Source: Marinicella sp.
GTDB lineage: Bacteria; Pseudomonadota; Gammaproteobacteria; Xanthomonadales; Marinicellaceae
Assembly (NCBI GenBank): GCA_965230295.1
Contig: OZ246001.1
Span: forward strand, 480,001-544,000
Direction: 5' to 3'
Length of the DNA: 64,000 nucleotides
The notes under the pieces were generated by a model. It was not told where the DNA came from, did not search any database, and saw nothing but the letters and a program-made list of their open reading frames with translations. The position numbers and the translations under genes are program-made. This document shows positions 51,057 through 60,153 of the stretch, piece by piece (the stretch's first letter is position 1; the number at the start of each line of letters is the position of its first letter).

Positions 51057-51890
51057 TTAATCCGATTTATCTTCGTCAGATTTGTAAAAATAGATACCAA
51101 CACCGATATAAGGCAGCATTTCAGGTTCTTCTTCAAGGTCTGAGTGTTGGATTAGATGTTCAATGTATTCATCCACATCGTTGGCCAATTCTTGACTTTT
51201 TTTCCTGGCATAGGATTCAGCTATGTTGGCCAATGATTTGGGCAACTTATCGTGCAATACAATGCGCTGAAACCTGGGCCCAGTTCTTTCATGATCAATG
51301 TTGTGATCAATGGTTTCTAACAGATACTGGGTAGACAAGCCCAAAAAGTCAATGTTCTGAATGTCATCAGGATCATTCTCAGTCAAGTAAAAGGGCTTGA
51401 TCAATTCAACATAGCCCATGTCGTCAACCTCAACAGATTTTGATCGCAACAACTCATCTAAGATGGATCTGAATGTAGCACCTCCAGAGTACCGATCAAC
51501 CAATGCTTTAAAATCTGGTTCACTTGATGACTCTATAGGAATGATCTTTGGTTGCCCGCGGTGGTTGATGTATTCTTTGTCTTCAATCCAGCCAGTCAGA
51601 ACTCTACCAGCTCTGTGCCATTTCCTGTGACTGGTGTTGTCTTTGAATAAATCTAACTTAAGTTGAATGTCTACCTGAGTTCTGGATAACCCGGTGATCA
51701 CTGCAATCCTGGATTTGGTTGGTGGTTTACCATTTAAGCCAAAATGTTTTTTCGACACATCAACATAAGTCCACTTCAAAACATCACTGACTTCGTGAAA
51801 TGGCACATTGAATCGCAACAACATCCGCACCAATGGTCTGAATATTTGGATCAACATTTGCCTGATGACTTCAACCAGTTTTTGACTCAT
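51057..51890 (-). CDS. DUF6502-family protein (HTH-like)
   Basis: RPLVRMLL, SRIAVITGLSR..V, RVLTGW..D..Y, F..LV.RYS, TIDHN, FQR; directly upstream of the DUF5666 gene. Confidence 0.75.
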   Translation of the reverse strand: MSQKLVEVIRQMLIQIFRPLVRMLLRFNVPFHEVSDVLKWTYVDVSKKHFGLNGKPPTKSRIAVITGLSRTQVDIQLKLDLFKDNTSHRKWHRAGRVLTGWIEDKEYINHRGQPKIIPIESSSEPDFKALVDRYSGGATFRSILDELLRSKSVEVDDMGYVELIKPFYLTENDPDDIQNIDFLGLSTQYLLETIDHNIDHERTGPRFQRIVLHDKLPKSLANIAESYARKKSQELANDVDEYIEHLIQHSDLEEEPEMLPYIGVGIYFYKSDEDKSD

Positions 51891-51995
51891 AGATTTAACA
51901 CAACAACTGAATTAGGGTAAGTATCCTACAAAATTGAAACAACAGTTGCAAATAATACTTCAAGAGAACAAAAGTTGTAAATTTTTCATACCAAT

Positions 51996-52019
51996 AAAAA
52001 ACCCTGCCAAAGCAGGGTT
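51996..52019 (-). terminator. Rho-independent terminator of the S8 protease gene
   Basis: AACCCTGC-CAAA-GCAGGGTT with an adjacent A run (U run on minus strand). Confidence 0.8.
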
Positions 52020-52047
52020 CCTTATTGACCAATTAAATCAATTCCCC

Positions 52048-53817
52048 TTATAGATTGATTTCATTGGAGCATGCTGATGTAGAACCTTCTTCACAAACCA
52101 TGAAGGCATAAGAGGTATTCTTATTCACAGAATATGAAGTCGATCCATCATTGGCAGTTGTGTTATTAAAACTACCATTGATGTAAACATCAACATTACT
52201 TGTGGCACCACCCGTCCAAGATAAATTGGCTTGGCGGTTACCCTTGCTGCGATTACCTGACAAAGCCAGGTCTTCACTGCCAGGAGGTTCGGTGCTTCCC
52301 CCGTCACATCCATTGGCAGCTAAATAATCGCTGGCATCTTTTGCTTTGACAATACCGTAACCAAAATATACGTCTTTGCCAGAAGCGCCTGCATCTTCAG
52401 CACTGGCTTTCAATGCATCTCTGATTTCCTGACCAGTACAATCCGGATGGTTTGACCAAACCAAAGCTGCCACGCCTGCAACAGCAGGAGTTGCCATTGA
52501 GGTTCCACTCATGAAACCATAGTCACCAGACCCCACTGAAACGGTTGCATTCGCAGTACCCAATAAAAAGGCGCGATCTTCTTGTGCCGCACCCACAGCT
52601 GGTATTGATGTGTTGTTTGGATCACCCAAGGTTCCATACAACATACCTGGTTCATTATTGATAATGATCGCCCCTGCACCGCCAGAATTTTCACAATTTT
52701 CAACTTTGTCATGGAAAGAAATGTTACCGCGATCGATCAAACAAATTTTACCATTGGCACCATTGTCAGTAGATTCTGCCGTGCCCATATAATAAGTTGA
52801 AGCACTGGCAGATCCGACATTTTCCATGGCTGAGGAAGCTATACCAACCCCATCTGCTGTGGCTGATGCCACCGTGGCCAACCCAGCTGGATAGGTTGAT
52901 AACGTATCCACACCACCAGCAGTCACTTCCACACAAATGGTTTCATCATTTTTACGATTCTTTCCACGACCAGTTTCACAACTTGGAAATTGAGAAAAGT
53001 CGGCAATGTTGTTATCGGCATCATTGGCACCAATCATCATGACCGATGAGTAACCAGCAGGATATGATCGAACTGAATTTCCATCGTTGCCTGCCGCAGC
53101 CAATACCAAACCACCATTGGCAATAAAGGTATCGAATGCATTTTCTTCTGTTGAGTTGGCGCCACCACCACCTAAGCTCATGGTGATGATATTGGCGCCA
53201 GCTGCGGTACATTTTTCAGCTGCATGGGCCAAATCTGATGAATAACCCCAACCAGAAGCATTGAAGACTTTGATGATGTGCATGGGAACACCTGGTGCCA
53301 TACCAACCACACCCACATTGTTATCTGCAGCACCAACCGTTCCTGCCACATGGGTGCCATGTGGACCACCATGCTCATACCAATTGCCTGTTCCCGAGTC
53401 ATTGTCCCCAGTAATGGCTGGCCAATTAAAGTCATTGTTACTGGCATCCAAGCCAGAATCAATGACACACACTTTTTGTCCATTTTGTAAAGTCAGTTGA
53501 TCTGCTTGAGATTGGTATACTGCATAGGGTGTCAATTGTTGCAAACTGGGGTCACCCGCATCATCGTTGTAGATCGCAAACGGATACCTTTTGGCATCCA
53601 CCTCCATATGTTTAAAACCATTTTTGCCCCGCATGTTGCTTTTACCGTTTTCATCCAACTCAACAGCAAACCAGCCATTTCCTTCGACCAAAACATGATG
53701 ACCATTTTTCAGGCCATTGCCATTATTTTCATAAGATACAATCATGCGCTCAGCTTGAGCAAAAGTTCCCAGTGCCAACATGGTTGCCACACAGGTCTTC
53801 TTCATATTTAATTTCAT
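52048..53817 (-). CDS. Secreted S8 subtilase with PA domain and C-terminal beta domain
   Basis: VIDSG, HGTHVAGT, AAAGN, SGTSMATP triad; PA insert ICLIDRG.ISF.DKV; GAGAGG RBS. Confidence 0.95.
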   Translation of the reverse strand: MKLNMKKTCVATMLALGTFAQAERMIVSYENNGNGLKNGHHVLVEGNGWFAVELDENGKSNMRGKNGFKHMEVDAKRYPFAIYNDDAGDPSLQQLTPYAVYQSQADQLTLQNGQKVCVIDSGLDASNNDFNWPAITGDNDSGTGNWYEHGGPHGTHVAGTVGAADNNVGVVGMAPGVPMHIIKVFNASGWGYSSDLAHAAEKCTAAGANIITMSLGGGGANSTEENAFDTFIANGGLVLAAAGNDGNSVRSYPAGYSSVMMIGANDADNNIADFSQFPSCETGRGKNRKNDETICVEVTAGGVDTLSTYPAGLATVASATADGVGIASSAMENVGSASASTYYMGTAESTDNGANGKICLIDRGNISFHDKVENCENSGGAGAIIINNEPGMLYGTLGDPNNTSIPAVGAAQEDRAFLLGTANATVSVGSGDYGFMSGTSMATPAVAGVAALVWSNHPDCTGQEIRDALKASAEDAGASGKDVYFGYGIVKAKDASDYLAANGCDGGSTEPPGSEDLALSGNRSKGNRQANLSWTGGATSNVDVYINGSFNNTTANDGSTSYSVNKNTSYAFMVCEEGSTSACSNEINL

Positions 53818-54184
53818 TAAATTTCCTCTCTCTATTTTTAGTTTGATCACTTTTAAAACACTGCTGTTATTGTTCTTAGTTTCAAAAGATCATTGAATGC
53901 CATTTAAGGCTGGTCCGAATTAAAGCAATATATTTTATAAATTACAAGTTGTAATTATATTTTTTGAAATATTTTTTACATTTTTAATCATTTATTGACA
54001 TATAAGAAATAAATATTAATTTTTTTATTTCCAATCCAATGCCTATTGATTTACTGAATCTGCTTATTTCTACATGTCAGGTGCCCACATTATTTCTACC
54101 AATTTAAATCATGTTAATTACATCAATCGCCTTCCTTTATAAATGGGGGTCTTTTACAATATCGTTTTCGAGAACTGATGACCC

Positions 54185-54802
54185 ATGCCCGCAATTAAAG
54201 ATCGATTCAGAGGATTTTTGCCCGTCGTTGTAGATGTTGAAACCGGTGGTTTTAATAACCAAACAGATGCCTTGTTAGAGATTGCTGCGGTGATTATCGA
54301 AATGGAGGACGACGGCACTTTGATCCCAGGAGAAACCATCAATGCATACGTCACTCCGTTCGAAGGTTCCAACATCGACCCCAAAGCACTGGAAGTCACC
54401 GGCATAGACCTCAACCACCCTCTGCGTGTATCTATGGAGGAAAATGCGGCCTTGGGTAAGATTTTCACACCGATCAGAAAACACATCAAAGCCACAGGCT
54501 GCACCCGTGCCATATTGGTAGGCCACAACGCACATTTCGATTTAGGTTTTGTTCACGCAGCCGCAGAACGGGCAGGCATCAAGCGCAATCCATTTCATCC
54601 ATTCAGTTGTTTTGATACCGCCACATTATCGGCCTTGGCCTATGGTCAAACCGTTTTAGCCCGTGCCATCAAAGCCGCCGAGATCGCCTGGGAATCTGAC
54701 CAGGCCCACTCTGCCTTGTACGACACCGAGAAAACTGCAGAGTTGTTTTGTGCGATTTTCAACCAAGCCAACAACACTGGGATGTATACGCCTAAGGTTT
54801 AA
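54185..54802 (+). CDS. rnt: Ribonuclease T
   Basis: [45 protein letters not shown]. Confidence 0.96.
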   Translation: MPAIKDRFRGFLPVVVDVETGGFNNQTDALLEIAAVIIEMEDDGTLIPGETINAYVTPFEGSNIDPKALEVTGIDLNHPLRVSMEENAALGKIFTPIRKHIKATGCTRAILVGHNAHFDLGFVHAAAERAGIKRNPFHPFSCFDTATLSALAYGQTVLARAIKAAEIAWESDQAHSALYDTEKTAELFCAIFNQANNTGMYTPKV

Positions 54803-54807
54803 ACTTT

Positions 54808-55000
54808 TCGCTGGCTGAGCGGTATGGACAGATCGCTGGCTGAGCGGAGTCGAAGCCTTGGCTAATTATACTTTTGTTGTTGGTTCACTTCGACTTCGCT
54901 CAGTGAACGGTTTGAACCCATCGCTGGCTGAGCGTAGTCGAAGCCTAGAGTATTTATACCCTTGTTGTTGCAAGTTCACTTCGACTTCGCTCAGTGAACG
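54808..55000. repeat. REP cluster: inverted pairs TCGCTGGCTGAGCG[G/T]AGTCGAAGCC / GTTCACTTCGACTTCGCTCAGTGAACG
   Basis: Truncated unit at 54808, then two full doublets at 54833-54909 and 54921-55000. Confidence 0.85.
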
Positions 55001-55062
55001 CATATTTTAATTACAGAAAGAGAAGTTCGACTGGCCCAATGTTCTAGAAAGATCTTTAATCG

Positions 55063-55455
55063 TCAACCCAACACATAATCAAAATCATAGTAATGCTGGC
55101 CATCTTCGATGCGGATGTCCATTGACCCCGAGAGGCCGATCAGCTCTCCCGTTCCGGAGTCGGGTACCACAGTCAAAGTGAGGTGGTTCTCACCTTGATG
55201 CATCAGACCATAATGCTGCAGGACAAAACTACCTGACTTGCCTGACAAACTGCCGATTACTTGTTCGATCGCAACATAGCCAGCTGATCCCGGCTTGCTT
55301 GTAACAGCACTGAGCATTTCTCCCATGCTGTGCGCATTGAGTTCACCTTCAAAAGTTTTGTCTAATGATATGCGAGCCAATTGCATGCCTTCCTCAGCCT
55401 GTATGGACAATGCCTCTGGTTGCATTTTCACACTAAATGTACCGGTTATTTTCAT
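55063..55455 (-). CDS. DUF3224 family protein
   Basis: KTFEGEL...S.GEML, SAGYVAIE.V.G.L.GK.GSFVLQH, VVPDSGTGEL.GLSG. Confidence 0.88.
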   Translation of the reverse strand: MKITGTFSVKMQPEALSIQAEEGMQLARISLDKTFEGELNAHSMGEMLSAVTSKPGSAGYVAIEQVIGSLSGKSGSFVLQHYGLMHQGENHLTLTVVPDSGTGELIGLSGSMDIRIEDGQHYYDFDYVLG

Positions 55456-55479
55456 GCCTTTGCTCCTTAATTAATTTGC

Positions 55480-57129
55480 TTATATGACTTGTACCTGTTC
55501 TTCAGATGCCTCCATCAATTGTTCTGCCTGTTTTTGATACTGCTTTTCTATGACGGTACGTTTCATTTTTAAGGTGGGTGTTAACAAGCCATTGTCTGGC
55601 CCCCAAGGCAGGTTCGAAACAAACACATGACTGATACGCTCATGCGGTTCCAACTCAGTATTCAATTGATCCATCGCTTGTTGACTGTTCGTCATCAGAT
55701 CACTGGGGTCTTCTGCATGGGATGTTTCATGAGTGGACACCACTACGAAAGGCTGACTGAATCCATTGCCCATTAATATCACGTGATCAACAGCCAACAG
55801 AGACTGCAGTTTCTCCTCAATTGGTGACGGTGCAATGTACTTGCCTTTACTGGTTTTGAAAATGTCTTTAACCCGACCCGTGATGTATAGATAACCTTGC
55901 TCATCCACCTCTCCCAAGTCACCGGTGTGAAGCCAACCATCTTCATCAATGGTTTGAGCAGTTAAGTCTGGCTGTTTGTAATACCCATCCATCATCGCTG
56001 GATTGCGCAACAAAACCTCTCCTGAACCTGTCAACTTACATTCACAACCGGCAATGATTTGTCCCACACTACCCGTACATGTTTGCGATTGTTTAACCAT
56101 GTGTGACAGCCCACAGGTTTCAGACATGCCATAAGCTTCATTCAGTTTCAAACCTAAATGACCAAACCAATCTAACACGTCTTTATTCACTGCGGCGGCG
56201 GCACACAGGGCAAACCTGACATTTTGGAAACCCAATTTTTTCACCAGGGCCTGCTTCAACCATGATCCCAGCAAGGGTAAGCGCAACAAAGTGTTCAGTA
56301 CTTTGGCACCGCCCAACTTGCCTTCTATTCCCAGTTTTATTTTGGTCCATATTCTGGGCACACCAAAGAAGATACTGGGTTGTGCCGCAGCAACATCCGT
56401 CGTGAAAGAATCCAGTGATCTGATGAATGATACATGCGCGCCGTTATACAAGGCACCAAACTCCACAGCCATGCGTTCAGCCACATGCGCTAAAGGCAAG
56501 TATGAAATAAATCGATCCTGTTCGTTGATCACTATGATGCTTTTGATTAAATTCATGGCTGCATGGACGGCTCGATAAGACACCATCACCCCTTTTGGGT
56601 CACCGGTGGTCCCGGAAGTGTAAACAATGCTGACCAAATCATCAGATTGGTTGGTCACCGGTTCATTTAATGACCCATTATCTGCCACCAACTTTTCCCA
56701 AAAAGGCATGTCCGGATAAGCTTGATATATGGCTATGACATCAATATGCTCTGGAACTAAGTTTGGTGCCTGCACAGGATCAAACATCTTGCCCAAAAAC
56801 ACAGCTTTCACACTGGCATGCTCAAGAATTTTCCCTATGGTATCAGCTGAAGCCGTTGGGTATATCGGGATTGAAATATGACCGGCCATTTGAATGGCCA
56901 AATCAGCCATGATCCAATGGGCACAATTCAACGATATGATGCCGATGTGACTGCCTGACGGGTATTGTTGAAGGTGCTGAGCCATGGCTGACACTTCAGT
57001 TTTCACCTGACTCCAACTGTACTCTATCACCCGATCAACAATCGGCTGGGTTAAATAAACCACATCAGGCTTGACTTCTGCCCAATGACATAATCGATCA
57101 ACTGGAGATTGAAATTGAGTGCTGTGCAT
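55480..57129 (-). CDS. AMP-binding long-chain acyl-CoA synthetase-like enzyme
   Basis: YTSGTTGDPKG, SYLPLAH, YGMSE, GWLHTGD, GRVKDIFKTSKGKYIAP, LTPTLK. Confidence 0.9.
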   Translation of the reverse strand: MHSTQFQSPVDRLCHWAEVKPDVVYLTQPIVDRVIEYSWSQVKTEVSAMAQHLQQYPSGSHIGIISLNCAHWIMADLAIQMAGHISIPIYPTASADTIGKILEHASVKAVFLGKMFDPVQAPNLVPEHIDVIAIYQAYPDMPFWEKLVADNGSLNEPVTNQSDDLVSIVYTSGTTGDPKGVMVSYRAVHAAMNLIKSIIVINEQDRFISYLPLAHVAERMAVEFGALYNGAHVSFIRSLDSFTTDVAAAQPSIFFGVPRIWTKIKLGIEGKLGGAKVLNTLLRLPLLGSWLKQALVKKLGFQNVRFALCAAAAVNKDVLDWFGHLGLKLNEAYGMSETCGLSHMVKQSQTCTGSVGQIIAGCECKLTGSGEVLLRNPAMMDGYYKQPDLTAQTIDEDGWLHTGDLGEVDEQGYLYITGRVKDIFKTSKGKYIAPSPIEEKLQSLLAVDHVILMGNGFSQPFVVVSTHETSHAEDPSDLMTNSQQAMDQLNTELEPHERISHVFVSNLPWGPDNGLLTPTLKMKRTVIEKQYQKQAEQLMEASEEQVQVI

Positions 57130-57156
57130 CCAGAAATGATACCACAGATGATTGGC

Positions 57157-58389
57157 TCAATTGTTGGCAACCAAAGATTGACCAGCAGCAAAGCCCGATG
57201 CCCAAGCCCACTGAAAATTAAAACCACCCAAGTGGCCGGTCACATCAACCACTTCACCAATAAAATAGACATTGGGATATTGAAGGCTGGCCATGGTTTT
57301 TGATGACAAACCGGTGGTATCAACACCACCCAAAGTCACTTCGGCAGTCCGGTAACCTTCGGTTCCTGAGGGTTTTAATGGCCAATTATTTAACCATTCA
57401 GACACTTGATGAAGCCGCTCTTTGTTGATGTTTTGTAAGGGCTGATCATGCCAGCCAGGAAACTGATGGGCCAACAACTCATGTGCCACTTTCTTCGGCA
57501 TGTGCTCGGACAGCCATTGATTCAACAAACCATGAGGTGAATTGCTTTTGGCTTCACTCAAAACATCAAAAACATCCATGTCTGGCAATAAATCAACCAC
57601 AATGGACTGCCCATTGTACCAATAGCTAGAAATTTGCAACATGGCTGGCCCACTTAAGCCACGATGGGTAAACAACATGTGATGCTTGAAACTTGGTGCC
57701 GACTTGTTCTCAGGTACAGACACCTCAGCAAGAATCGAGGCTCCAGACAAACGGGCAAACAATTCTTTGTGCTGATCAGTGAACACAAATGGTACCAGCG
57801 CGGCCTGTTTTGGCAGGACGGCATGCCCCAACTTTTCAGCCAATTGGTAGCCATAATCTGACCCACCCATTTTAGGGATGGACAATCCCCCGGTGGCCAC
57901 CACCAACTGTCCAGCGGTGAAACTCCCTGATTGGGTTTTGACACGAACCTGATCACCCACCTGTATGTCATTCAAAACAACTTGTAAACGCATTTCCACT
58001 TGAGCATCAGCACATTCATCAAGCAGCATATTCAAAATGTCTTTTGAACTGCGATCACAAAACAATTGGCCCAACTCTTTTTCGTGGTAAGGAATTTGGT
58101 GTTTTTCAACCATTTCTATGAAATGCCAGGGGGTATAGCGACTTAACGCTGATTTGCAATAGTGTGGATTATTTGAGAGGAAATTTTCTGGCGCTGTAAA
58201 CAAGTTGGTGAAGTTACACCTGCCACCGCCAGACATCAAGATCTTTTTACCAGGTTTGTTGGACTTTTCAAGCAACAACACATTGAGTCCGGCTTGCCCG
58301 GCCGTTAAGGCACACATCAAGCCAGCCGCACCAGCACCCAACACAATCACATCATAGTGGCTCATCTGGTTCATACTCAATGATGGCAT
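57157..58389 (-). CDS. HI0933/YhiN (BaiN/RdsA-like) flavoprotein
   Basis: GAGAAG, KILMSGGGRCNFTN, ATGGLS.P, LFTHRGLSGP, VTLGGV, GGFNFQWAWASG; start may be at 58374. Confidence 0.92.
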   Translation of the reverse strand: MPSLSMNQMSHYDVIVLGAGAAGLMCALTAGQAGLNVLLLEKSNKPGKKILMSGGGRCNFTNLFTAPENFLSNNPHYCKSALSRYTPWHFIEMVEKHQIPYHEKELGQLFCDRSSKDILNMLLDECADAQVEMRLQVVLNDIQVGDQVRVKTQSGSFTAGQLVVATGGLSIPKMGGSDYGYQLAEKLGHAVLPKQAALVPFVFTDQHKELFARLSGASILAEVSVPENKSAPSFKHHMLFTHRGLSGPAMLQISSYWYNGQSIVVDLLPDMDVFDVLSEAKSNSPHGLLNQWLSEHMPKKVAHELLAHQFPGWHDQPLQNINKERLHQVSEWLNNWPLKPSGTEGYRTAEVTLGGVDTTGLSSKTMASLQYPNVYFIGEVVDVTGHLGGFNFQWAWASGFAAGQSLVANN

Positions 58390-58848
58390 TCAGAACAAGT
58401 GCCACTCCCACACAGGGCCATCTTCAGGATGATCAACCACGTCGTGGTAGTTGAAACCTAACTTTTGTAACAGGAAATTAGAGGCATTGGTTTCTGGTAA
58501 AGTTTGAGCCACAATGGTCAACTCTTCATCGGTTTGAATGGTCAAATCAATCAAGGCTTGTGCCGTGGCTGTGGCATACCCCATATTTTCTAACTCTGGC
58601 AGGGTATAATATGCTATTTCAACCTGGCCATTAACTGGCACGGCTTTGAAGGCACCGCCTCCGACAACCTGCCCTTCTGATTCACTGACATAGCCAATCC
58701 ACGGCGGCTGATAGCCTGCAGCCGCATAGAAATCAGCCATCTGATCATTCAATTGTTGTGTCATTTCAGGCAAGGTCAATTCTTGCCCGGCACTTAAAGC
58801 TTGGACTGTACCTGATTCATTGATGGGCAACAGCTTCACTTCAGCCAT
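58390..58848 (-). CDS. GNAT family N-acetyltransferase
   Basis: VEIAYYTLPE.EN.GYAT, QTLPE.NAS..LLQKLGF. Confidence 0.85.
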   Translation of the reverse strand: MAEVKLLPINESGTVQALSAGQELTLPEMTQQLNDQMADFYAAAGYQPPWIGYVSESEGQVVGGGAFKAVPVNGQVEIAYYTLPELENMGYATATAQALIDLTIQTDEELTIVAQTLPETNASNFLLQKLGFNYHDVVDHPEDGPVWEWHLF

Positions 58849-59485
58849 CAATTTCTCCATGCTGGGCTTTTGGAGATGCGTTTTTGAAAGCCGGTATTTC
58901 CATACACCGGTCATTGATAGATTGTATCTTGGGGTATGCAGTCAAAGGAACATTGAACCGGTTGGCGTTGTAAACTTGTGCCACCAAACAAATATCAGAG
59001 ATGCAAGGATATTGGGCATTCATGAAATCCATTTCAGAATCAACCAACATGGTTTCTAATGCGGCAAAACCTTCGTGAATCCAATGGGCATACCACAAGT
59101 CAACTTGGGGTTGATCCCATGATTTTTTCAGCATTTGTAACACCCTTAAGTTATTCAAAGGATGAATGTCCGAAACGATCATTTGCGCCATGGCACGGGT
59201 TTTGGCTTGATCCAAGGCATCAGCAGGCAATATGGGATTCTCAGGATACATGGCTTCTAAATATTCCATGATCGCCATCGATTGATTCAACACTTCGCCG
59301 CCTTCTGTCACCAACGCTGGGACCAGCCCTTGTGGATTCAAAGCCTTGTATTCAGGCTGGTGTTGTTCGCCACCATCCTTAACCAGATGCACCGGTATGG
59401 ATTCATAGTCGAGTCCTTTTAGGTTCAATGCAATGCGAACACGATAAGCAGCTGTACTGCGCCAATAAGTATATAATTTCATCAT
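58841..59485 (-). CDS. maiA: Maleylacetoacetate isomerase (GST zeta)
   Basis: LYTYWRSTAAYRVRIALNLK, NPQGLVP, DIHPLNNLRVL. Confidence 0.93.
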   Translation of the reverse strand: MMKLYTYWRSTAAYRVRIALNLKGLDYESIPVHLVKDGGEQHQPEYKALNPQGLVPALVTEGGEVLNQSMAIMEYLEAMYPENPILPADALDQAKTRAMAQMIVSDIHPLNNLRVLQMLKKSWDQPQVDLWYAHWIHEGFAALETMLVDSEMDFMNAQYPCISDICLVAQVYNANRFNVPLTAYPKIQSINDRCMEIPAFKNASPKAQHGEIDG

Positions 59486-60153
59486 TGTTTTTCTTCCATA
59501 TTTTCTTTATCACGGTAATAAGTACCAAACAACCAATCACCGATTGGATAGGTGATGTTGAAGTTATATTTGGACATGAGTTCTGGTTTGTGATGCTGCT
59601 GGTGTAAGGCCATGACTTTTTTTATTCCAGGAACTTTCATCACCCAGGAGTCTTTCTTACAATGGAAAGCAAAATGAAACAATTCGTAATTTAAAAAATA
59701 GGACACAGCCACAAACACGAATAACCACGCCACATTGTCGCTGAACAACAGCTGCATGACAAACCATACTGGCACCCCAAACACACCAAAGAAAAACACC
59801 ACCAACAGCAATGGAAATAAAGTCACTTTAAAATCCTGGTGGTGGTCAAATGGCATGTGGCTGTCGGTAAAAAATTGGTGGTGCTGTTTGCTGTGCCTGA
59901 GATAAATCGACTTCAGCCCTTTTCTTGGCACGTGCATAACATAGCGGTGTCCCAGGTACTCAGACAGATTGGCATACACAAAAGCCAGTGGCAAGGTCAG
60001 CCATTCCAGTGGCATCACATCATTCAATTGCCACAATGACCAAGTGATCAACGTTGCTGAAAGTAATACCGTAACACCCAAGTGCACATACCCGACATAC
60101 CAACCGGGTATGTGCTTTTGTCTGAACTCAGATCTGAACTCAGTGTTGTTCAT
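59482..60153 (-). CDS. Sterol desaturase/fatty acid hydroxylase family membrane enzyme
   Basis: His boxes HRYVMH, HSKQHH, HFAFH, HQQHH; NFNITYPIGD. Confidence 0.85.
   Translation of the reverse strand: MNNTEFRSEFRQKHIPGWYVGYVHLGVTVLLSATLITWSLWQLNDVMPLEWLTLPLAFVYANLSEYLGHRYVMHVPRKGLKSIYLRHSKQHHQFFTDSHMPFDHHQDFKVTLFPLLLVVFFFGVFGVPVWFVMQLLFSDNVAWLFVFVAVSYFLNYELFHFAFHCKKDSWVMKVPGIKKVMALHQQHHKPELMSKYNFNITYPIGDWLFGTYYRDKENMEEKQ

Noticed and set aside
53850-54150. Very AT-rich tract as replication origin or foreign DNA
   Set aside because: No DnaA-box cluster seen; lies between divergent genes, so probably promoter DNA.
54808-55000. CRISPR array
   Set aside because: Units alternate in orientation and the spacers resemble each other.
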